Shown piece after piece: positions 1-9,500 of a DNA stretch of 64,000 nucleotides (its first letter is position 1; each line of letters starts with the position of its first letter). Position numbers and translations under genes: made by a program. The DNA comes from Macrostomum lignano (Eukaryota): assembly GCA_002269645.1 (NCBI GenBank), contig NIVC01002338.1, positions 1 through 64,000 on the forward strand. Direction: 5' to 3'. Below the pieces are notes generated by a model. The model had not been told where the DNA came from, made no database searches, and saw only the letters and a list, made by a program, of their open reading frames with translations.

Positions 1-275
1 TCACTCCTAGCCAGCCAGCCACCAGTGAAGCTTCAACCCCCTCTGCCCCAATGTGGCATAGAGAATGCGGCTCACTTTCAGCCAGCCAGCCAGTGAAGCT
101 TCAACCCCCCTCTGCCCCAATGTGTATAGAGAATGCGGCCCGCCTCATCCTAGCCAGCCAGCCTGAAGCTTCACACCCCTCTGCCCAATGTGCATAGAGA
201 AGGCGCCCGCCTCACTGCCTAGCCAGCCAGCCAACCAGTGAAGCTTCAACCCCTCTGCCCCAATGTGCATAGAGA
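1..275 (+). repeat. Intronic minisatellite, ~62-65 bp unit (CCAGCCAGCCAGTGAAGCTTCAACCCCTCTGCCCCAATGTGCATAGAGAA...)
   Basis: About 4 imperfect units directly visible; same family is inverted at 10585-11040. Confidence 0.9.
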
Positions 276-340
276 AGCTTCACTCTAAACACGATGTTAG
301 ACGAACGATAGTTATAAATTTTCGTGCGCAAATCCTTCAG

Positions 341-504
341 GCTGTCATTCCTTCTTCATCGGCCGGTTCCGCCTCGTCTCAGGCAACCGCGGCCGCCGCA
401 GCCGGAGCCACTTCCGGTCTGGACGATGAAGAGGAAAATGATGACGAAGAAGAGCAACGGGAAGCAAAGAAGCCGCCGCCAAAGCCGAAAAAGAAGCAGC
501 AATC

Positions 505-548
<44 letters not shown>

Positions 549-3500
549 CTCACCCTCAGCATCCTCAGCTGCATCAACATCAGCAGCTGCCGCCTTTTCT
601 ACATCCCGCGTATTATCCGCAGGTGAATATTGATCCGTGATGGTTATTAAGCATTGTTACTAAAATTGTTTGGTAAATTTTATCTGCATAATTGTACGTG
701 ACTTACTCGTAAGTTTCAATAATTCAAGCACTGATTGTCATTTTATAGATTAGAACTATGCAACCCAATGTCAAGGGGCCCTAGATGTCCCTTTAAATGC
801 CCTGACATTAGGCCCTAGATGTCCCTTTGAATGCCCTGACATTAGGCCCTAGATGTCCCTTTGAATGCCCTGACATTAGGCCCTAGATGTCCCTTTGAAT
901 GCCCTGACATTAGGCCCTAGATGTCCCTTTGAATGCACTGACATTAGGCCCTAGATGTCCCTTTGAATGCCCTGACATTAGGCCCTAGATGTCCCTTTGA
1001 ATGCCCTGACATTAGGCCCTAGATGTCCCTTTGAATGCCCTGACATTAGGCCCAAGATGTCCATTTGAATGCCCTGACATTAGGCCCTAGATGTCCCTTT
1101 GAATGCCCTGACATTAGGCCCTAGATGTCCCTTTAAAGGCCCTGACATTAGGCCCTAGATGTCCCTTTAAAGGCCCTGACATTAGGCCTAGATGTTCCTT
1201 TAAAGGCCCTGACATTAGGCCCTAGATGTTCATTTAAATGCTTTGAAACTGGGCCCTAGATGTCCCTTTAACTGCTTTGACATTGGGGCCCTAGATGTCC
1301 CTTTAACTGCTTTGACATTGGGCCCTAGATGTCCTTTTAGATATTCTGACATTGGGCCCTAGATGTCCTTTTGGATGCTTTGACATTGGGGCCCTAGATG
1401 TCCTTTTAGATGCTTTGACATTGGGGGCCAAGATGTCCTTTTAGATGCTTTGACATTGGGCATATAATATTGAAAGCCTGACTGCCTCACAGTTTTAGTT
1501 GAAAAAGCCTGCTGCTAGCCAAATTGTACTAATACGTACTTGAAGTACTAATAATAAAAATATTAAAATGATAAATATCATACAAAATTGCAGGCGTTTC
1601 CTCCAGCCTATCCTGGCGCCGCAGCCATGGATCCGATGGTTTCAGCAACCGCTTCGATGGGCTATTTGACTGCGGCCGCATCCGGTCAGCCGTATCCTGT
1701 ACAGTCACAGCAGCAGCAGCCGTTGGGTTCCGCTGTACTGCCCTACGCTCCGTCTCCTCTGATGGCGCATCATCTGCAGCAGCAGCAACAGCAACAGCCA
1801 GCGACCGACTCAAGCAGCAGCGCTGCAACCTCGATGCTAGTCAGCGAAACTCGCCAGCACAACACAGAGATGCGCCTATCGGTGGCTCGAGTCCAGGACC
1901 AATTAGACCGGCTAACCGAACGGGTTCAGTCGATTGTTGACGCCGAAAAAGATCGCCACCAGCTGCAGGTGCAAGCTCCGACTTTGGAGGCTTCGGTTCT
2001 GTTTACCAGCATCGGCAGGCTGGTTCGCGACAATGACTCGCTCAGGAAAGAAGTTACTGAGAAGAGCGACAAGATTCAGGAGCTGAACGATAAGGTAAGT
2101 GCTTTAGCCTTTAGCCTTAAGAGGCGACTTGACTTGAACAGTCGCCTCCGTCACATTGCAGTCGTTTGAGTCGTTATAATCTATCTTTTCTATCCAGTGG
2201 GGTCTTTTTGCTATCCAGTGGGGTCTTTTTGCTATCCAATGGGGTCTTTTTGCTATCCAATGGGGTCTTTTTGCTATCCAGTGGGGTCTTTTTGCCATCC
2301 AATGGGGTCTTTTTGCCATCCAATGGGTCTTTTTGCTATCCAGTGGGGTCTTTTTGCTATCCAATGGGGTCTTTTTGCTATCCAGTGGGGTCTTTTTGCT
2401 ATCCAATGGGGTCTTTTTGCTATCCAGTGGGGTCTTTTTGCTATCCAATGGGGTCTTTTTGCTATCCAGTGGGGTCTCTCCTATCCAGTGGGGTATCTTT
2501 TCTATCCAGTGGGTATCTTTTATTTCCAGTGGGGTATCTTTTCCATCCAATGAAGTATCTTTTCTATCCAGTGGGGTCTTTTTGCTATCCAGTGGGGTAT
2601 CTCTTCTATCCAGTGGGGTATCTTTTCGATCCAGTGGGGTATCTTTTCTATCCAGTGGGGTCTTTTTGCTATCCAGTGGGGTATCTCTTCTATCCAGTGG
2701 GGTATCTTTTCGATCCAGTGGGGTATCTTTTCTATCCAGTGGGGTCTTTTTGGCATCCAATGGGGTCTTTTTGGCATCCAATGGGGTCCTTTTGCTATCC
2801 AATGGGGTCTTTTTGGCATCCAATGGGGTCCTTTTGCTATCCAATGGGGTCCTTTTGCTATCCAATGGGGTCTCTCCTATCCAGTGGGGTATCTTTTCTA
2901 TCCAGTGGGTATCTTTTATTTTCAGTGGGGTATCTTTTCCATCCAATGAAGTATCTTTTACGATCCAGTGTGGTATTTTTCTATCCATTGGGGTATATTT
3001 TCTATCCAGTGGGGTATAGAAACCCCCCTCTCCGTTGCCGCAGATCAGCGCCCTGGTGAGGCGCAGCCAGGCCTCGCACGAGCAGAGCAACAGCCTGTTA
3101 GAGAAAAACGCCGACTCTCTGCAACTGGCCGCAGCCGAGTCCGCCCGCCGTGTACTCGAACTCGAACAGGAGAAACTCGACCTGACTAAACGCCTGGGCG
3201 AGCGCACGGCTCAACTGAGCGAGCACCAGACTCGACTAGCTGAATTGGAGACTGGCGAGCGGCAGCTGCGCGCCGAGCTGTCCACCGCTCTGGGCCGCAC
3301 GGAGACAAACGACACCGCCCTGCTGCAGCTGCGGACCCGCCTGGCCGAGGCCGAGGCCAAGGCGCAGCAGGCCGAGGCTGGGCTCAAGGACGAACGGAAA
3401 GCCCGTCTGGCTGGCGAGGAGCGAGCGAGGGAACTGGCCGAGGCCAGGGATGAGCTGCAGGACAGGGCTGACAGGACCGCTGGTGAGGGCTCTGCTGCCT

Positions 3501-6500
3501 GACTGCCTCTCCCCTCTCCTGTCTCACCTCCCGTCTCCCATCTCTCCCCTCCCGTCTCTCCCCTCGTGTCTCCCCTCCCGGCTCTCCCCGCTCGTCTCTC
3601 CACCTCTCGTCTCTCCCCTCTCGTCTCCTCCCCTCCCGGCTCTCCCCTCTCCCCTCTGCCCTCTCATCTCTCCCCTCCCGTCTCTCCCCTCTCGTCTCTC
3701 CTCCTCTCGTCTCTCCCCTTCCGTCTCTCCCCTCCCGTCTCTCCCTCTCGTCTCTCCCTTCCGTCTCTCCCCTCCCGTCTCTCCCCTCCCGTCTCTCCCC
3801 TCTCGTCTCTCCCCTCTCGTCTCTCCCCTCTCGTCTCTCCCCTCTCGTCTCTCCCCTCTCGTCTCTCCCCTCCCGTCTCTCCCCTCCCGTCTCTCCCTCT
3901 CGTCTCTCCCCTCCCGTCTCTCCCCTCCCGTCTCTCCCTCTCCCGTCTCTCCCTCTCCCGTCTCTCCCCTCCCGTCTCTCCCCTCTCGTCTCTCCCCTCC
4001 CGTCTCTCCCCTCCCGTCTCTCCCTCCCGTCTCTCCCCTCCCGTCTCTCCCCTCCCGTCTCTCCCCTCTCGTCTCTCCCCTCCCATCTCTCCCCTCTCGT
4101 CTCTCCCCTCTCGTCTCTCCCCTCCCGTCTCTCCCCTCTCGTCTCTCCCCTCTCGTCTCTCCCCTATCGTCTCTCCCCTATCGTCTCTCCCCTATCGTCT
4201 CTCCCCTCTCGTCTCTCCCCTATCGTCTCTCCCCTCCTGTCTCTCCCCTCTCGTCTCTCCCCTATCGTCTCTCCCCTATCGTCTCTCCCCTATCGTCTCT
4301 CCTCTATCGTCTCTCCCCTCCCGTCTCTCCCCTATCGTCTCTCCCCTATCGTCTCTCCCCTCCCGTCTCTCCCCTATCGTCTCTCCCCTATCGTCTCTCC
4401 CCTCCCGTCTCTCCCCTATCGTCTCTCCCCTATCGTCTTGTAGTGACTGTGCATCAGGCCTAGGTGTTGTAACTAACTAACTTTGAGGCTAGAATTGTTC
4501 AATTACCTTATATGCATCGTGCGTTCAATCATGGTATCGTTGTTTCGATTGCGTAACACTGTTTTCAACGTGCACATGAGTATAAATATATTGAGCGAGA
4601 CTCAAGTGTCTCCAACTGAATTGAATTTAATCAATCAACTAGAACACAACAAATGGCGACGAGCGGACTCCCGTACCCAGCGGAGTTTCAACCAGTACCA
4701 GGCGAACCTCCTGTGCCATGGGCAAGGTGGATCAAGTCATTTGAGAACTTCCTGGTAGCTGGAGCTCTCGAAGAGGCATCAGAGAGTCGGAAAAAGGCGA
4801 TCCTCCTGCATCTGCTTGGTGAGGAAGGACGCCGCCGAGCTGCAAACGTCGATGCAAGCAAGTCGCTTCAGGAGACCAAAAAGGCACTGAAGGCGATTTT
4901 CAGCTCGTCGAGAAGCGTCATAGCAGAGCGCTTCGCCTTTCGGCAGCGAGCCCAGCACGACGGCGAGAGCATCGGAGACTACGTGATGGCCCTGAGAGAA
5001 CTGGCAACAAACTGCAAATTTGACACCTTTCACGACGAAATGATTCGAGACCAACTTGTGGAGAAAACCTGCGTACCTCGCATTAGGGAAAGACTCCTGA
5101 TGGAGGAGGACGATCTGACGCTAGATGACGCCATCAAGAAGGCTGAGCGAATCGAAGCAGCCATCAAAGATGCCAAGCAGGTCAGCGGCCCAGAGCTCCA
5201 CGTGAAGGCGCTGAGCAAGAAGCCGAAGCCAGCTGCTCGCCATGAGAAGACCGCAGCAGCAGGTCCAAAGTGCACTCGATGCGGAGGCAACCACGGACAC
5301 AGGGCGAATGCAAGGCGATGGGCCAGAAATGCAGACGATGCGGCAAGACGAACCATTTCGCGAAAATGTGCCGCATGAAAGCGGTCTCTGCGATCGACAC
5401 CAAAGAGCCTGCAGAGTCCAGTCTGACGGTCCTGGCCGTGAACAACAAGAGCACAGACAGCTTATTCTGCGAATGCCGTCTGGGCGGACAGCTGATTCGA
5501 CTGCAAATCGACTGCGGTGCTGCCGTTTCGTTGCTCAACATGGAGACGTTCAAGAAGTCCTTCGCTAGGCACCCGCTGCTTCCGACGAGCACAAAACTGG
5601 AGGCATACGGCGGATCTGCGATCAAGACCATCGGCAAGGTCGAGCTTCCAGTGACGTTCAACGGCATCAGGACAGAAGCCACATTCTACGTCGCCGACAA
5701 AGGAGCGAACATCCTGGGCCGCGACCTGTTTCAGGCCCTCGGATTCAAAATCTTCCAAGGTGACAACAGAGTGATGAGCATCAGCGAGACTACGATCGAG
5801 CGCGACTTCCCCGGAATCTTCGACGGTCTGGGCCGGTCCAAGAGCTTCATTCACCGGACAAAGATCGACGCCTCGGTCAAGCCAGTGTCTCAGCCAATGC
5901 GGAAGCTGCCGATCGGCCTGAAGGACGAAGTGACGTCAGAGATCAGCCGGATGGAGCAACAGGGCATCATTGAGAAGGTCGACGCGTCCGAGTGGGTTAG
6001 CAACGTTGTCGTGACGCGCAAGAAGGAGTCCAACAAGGTTCGTCTCTGCGTGGATCTGCGGCAGGTCAACAAGGCGGTGATCGCGGACCGCTATCCGGTA
6101 CCGTCAATCGAGGACCTATCGGCCAGCATCAACGGCTCGAAGTGCTTCAGCAAGCTGGACCTGCGTCAAGGCTACCAGCAGATTCCGCTGCATCCAGACT
6201 CTCGAGGACTGACGTGCTTCATCACCGATGCCGGCCTGTACCAGTTCACCGTGGTGCCATTCGGGCTATCTAGCTCCGGAGCTGCCTTCCAGCGAGCCCT
6301 GCAGACGGTGCTTCGAGGAGCTCCTGGCGCCATCAACATCGTGGACGACATCCTGGTGCACGGCAAGGACGAGACTGAGCACGACAAGAACCTCCGAGAA
6401 GTCCTAGGGCGGATTCATCGCGAAGGCTTCACACTCAATCGAGAGAAGTGCAAATTCCGGCAGGCGAGCGTGGATTTCTTCGGATTGGTCATCTCTGCAG

Positions 6501-9500
6501 ACGGCATCAAACCGACCAAGTGCAACGTCGACGCAATTCTAAGAATTCCTGAGCCATCAACGGTCGCGCAAATTCAATCGTTTCTCGGGGCAGTGAACTT
6601 TTTGCACAAGTTCATACCGCATTACTCAGCAATTGCCGAGCCTCTGAGACAACTGCTCAAAAAGGACGCGGACTGGCACTGGGGTGAGCGGGAACGTACA
6701 GCCTTCCGTACACTCAAGTCAGCCGTAACCAGCAGCCCAGTGTTAGCTCATTTTGACTGCCAAGCTGAGACGTACGTCACCTGCGATGCAAGTCTAGACG
6801 GACTGGGGCAGTGCTCAGCCAAGTACAAAACGAAAAAGAGGTGCCAATCGCGTTCGCATCGAGAGCACTCAGCCCAGCGGAAAAGCGATACTCAGCCGGA
6901 GAGCGAGAAGCCCTGGCCTGTGTATGGAGCATCGAACGCTGGCACTACTATCTATACGGCAGACGAGTAACGCTGCGCACCGACCACAAGGCCCTGACAA
7001 CTCTGCTCGACTCGAAAGGCATGGGGCACAGGCCTCTTCGCATTCATCGATGGGTCGAGAGACTTCGCGGCTACGACGTCCGGTTTGAGCACATCCCTGG
7101 CGCTGACAACAAGTGCGCGGACATGCTGTCCAGATGGGCCACGACGGAGCGCGTTCCAGCCGAGGAGACCGACGAGGAGGGCTACGTCTACGCAGTCGTC
7201 GACTCGAAGACAACGCTGACGGCAGACGCACTGGCAACGGCGACCAAGGAGGACGAAGTGCTGCAGGCGGTTTTGCAGTACATCTCGGGCGGCTGGCCAA
7301 CGAAGGTGGACAGCTCTCTAAAGCCGTACTTCAACGTCCGGGACGAGCTGTTCTGCTGGAACAACGGTCAGTGCCTCGGTCGTGGTGAACGCGCGATCAT
7401 CCCGACGAGCCTGCGACTTCAAGTCATCGAGGAGGCCCACGAAGGGCATCCGGGCGTCGTTCGGTCAAAGCAGCGGTGCCGCGACACGGTCTGGTTTCCT
7501 GGAATTGACCGGCAGGTGGAGGACTACGTCAAGAACTGCACGGCCTGCACTCTGGCGGAGAAGTCCGGCAAGCCTCAACAGACGATTGTGACACCAATCG
7601 AGTGGCCAGATGGACCGTGGGACAAGGTCGAGATCGACATCTTCGGCGAGGTCGCCGCGGCTCCTCGACACCAGCGGTTTCTACTGGTGATCCACGACCT
7701 GTACAGCAAGTGCCGGAGATTGCAGCCATGGAAACCGTCACCTCTGCCAACATCATCAAGACGCTTCGGAAGCTATTCGGCCGGTGGGGAGTCCCGAAGA
7801 TGCTGATCAGCGACAACGGACCCCAGTTCGTCAGCGACGAGTTCGAAGAGTTCCTGCGAGCCGAGGGCATCAAGCACAGCCGAGTGAGCCGGTACTACCC
7901 GCAAGGCAACGGCGGAGTTGAGCGATTCAACCGGAGTCTGAAGGAGGGCCTGGCAGCGAACCTGAGGGCGGGAGCGAAGTTCGAGGACGCCATCGACCTG
8001 GTGCTCAAGACCTACAGGACCAGCCAGCACGCTCTCACCGGGCTGACTCCAGCCGAGCTGATGATCGGGCGCAAGCTGCGGTCCGGACTGCAGCTGCTCA
8101 GGCCAACTCCAGTGCAACAGCGGGACGACAGCGATCTGCGCGACGCTATCATTGAGAGGCAAGCCAAGAACGCCGACTACACCAACAAGCGAAGGCGGGC
8201 TCGTGACTCTATGCTCCAGGCCGGAGACTGGGTCTGGCGACAGACGCCGCACCGAGCGCACAAGCTGGCGACCCGACTGAAGGAACCGCTAAAGATCGCC
8301 TCCAAAGCAGGGCGCAACACCTTCGTGCTGTCCGACGGTACAAAGTGGCAAGCGAGTCGGCTGGTTAAGTGCAACAGCCCACCGGCTGACAACGGCGCGG
8401 CCGACCAAGAGGACGACTGGTTCGATTTGCCGCTGCCGCCGGCTCCGCCCCACGGACGGGCGAGCCGCCACCTCCACCTGAGCTTCGAAGGTCAACTCGA
8501 GCTCGACGGCAACCGGCGCGTTATCCTCTTCCGGAAGGGGGGAGAATGTAGTGACTGTGCATCAGGCCTAGGTGTTGTAACTAACTAACTTTGAGGCTAG
8601 AATTGTTCAATTACCTTATATGCATCGTGCGTTCAATCATGGTATCGTTGTTTCGATTGCGTAACACTGTTTTCAACGTGCACATGAGTATAAATATATT
8701 GAGCGAGACTCAAGTGTCTCCAACTGAATTGAATTTAATCAATCAACTAGAACACAACACGTCTCTCCCCTCCCGTCTCTCCCCTATCGTCTCTCCCCTA
8801 TCGTCTCTCCCCTATCGTCTCTCCTCTCGTTTCTTCCCTTTCTTTGCTTTCCCATTCCGACCCTCCCCCACTTCTTCCTCAACTCGCACCCTACTTTATT
8901 TCCTTCCATTTGACCGCTCAGCCTCCCCATCCAACCCCTCCCATTCCCGCAGCCCAGCTGCAGGATTCCCGCGCCAAGCTGGCCGCCGAGCGCCAACAAT
9001 TCGATGCCGATTTGGCGGCCGCTCGCGAGGCCGGCGACGCCGCCGCTGCCAGCCTGCGCGAGGAGCTCCGACGCTGCCGCACGGCCGGAGATCGCGACTT
9101 CGCCCAGCGCGCCGCCGACATTGAAGCCTCGGCTGAGCGGGCCTGGCGAGAGAAATGCGACCGGCTGGTGGAACTCGAACGGGAACGGGCTGCCCGGTTG
9201 CTAGGCGACGCCGAGACCGAGCGGGCCAAACTGGCCGGCCAGCTCGAGGAAGCGGCCAAACGGCTGGCCGAAGCTCGGACCGGGTCGCACGAGCGCCAGA
9301 CTGCTCTGGACGAGACCAGGGAGCTGCTGGACGAGGCACAGGCCAAGGTGCGTCCTGGGCTGCCTGTCTAATCTGATTTCTTGTCTCTAATCTCTCTCAT
9401 CTAATCTCATTATCTCTAGTCTTATTGTCTCTTATCTCTCTCATCTAATCTCATTATCTCTAGTCTTATTGTCTCTATCTCTCTCGTCTAATCTCATAAT

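Larger units (their letters stand above)
4439..8759 (+). mobile_element. Full-length Ty3/gypsy LTR retrotransposon (Mag-like), 4321 bp
   Basis: Identical 213-bp TG...CA LTRs at 4439-4651 and 8547-8759; 5-bp TSD CGTCT at 4434-4438 and 8760-8764; PBS and PPT present; domain order gag-PR-RT-RNaseH-IN. Confidence 0.97.
3503..8830. repeat. CT-rich ~14-bp minisatellite (CTCTCCCCTCCCGT / CTCTCCCCTATCGT), split by the LTR element into 3503-4438 and 8760-8830
   Basis: The same units continue on both sides of the retrotransposon. Confidence 0.9.

Noticed and set aside
2104-4480. Repetitive ORFs (KKTPLDS, YPVGSFC, SPLPSL, GERRE types)
   Set aside because: Translations of intronic minisatellites; no domain content.
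5270-5378. Programmed gag/pol frameshift in the ORF overlap
   Set aside because: The break falls inside the double zinc knuckle, has no X XXY YYZ heptamer and is repaired by one G in a G run.
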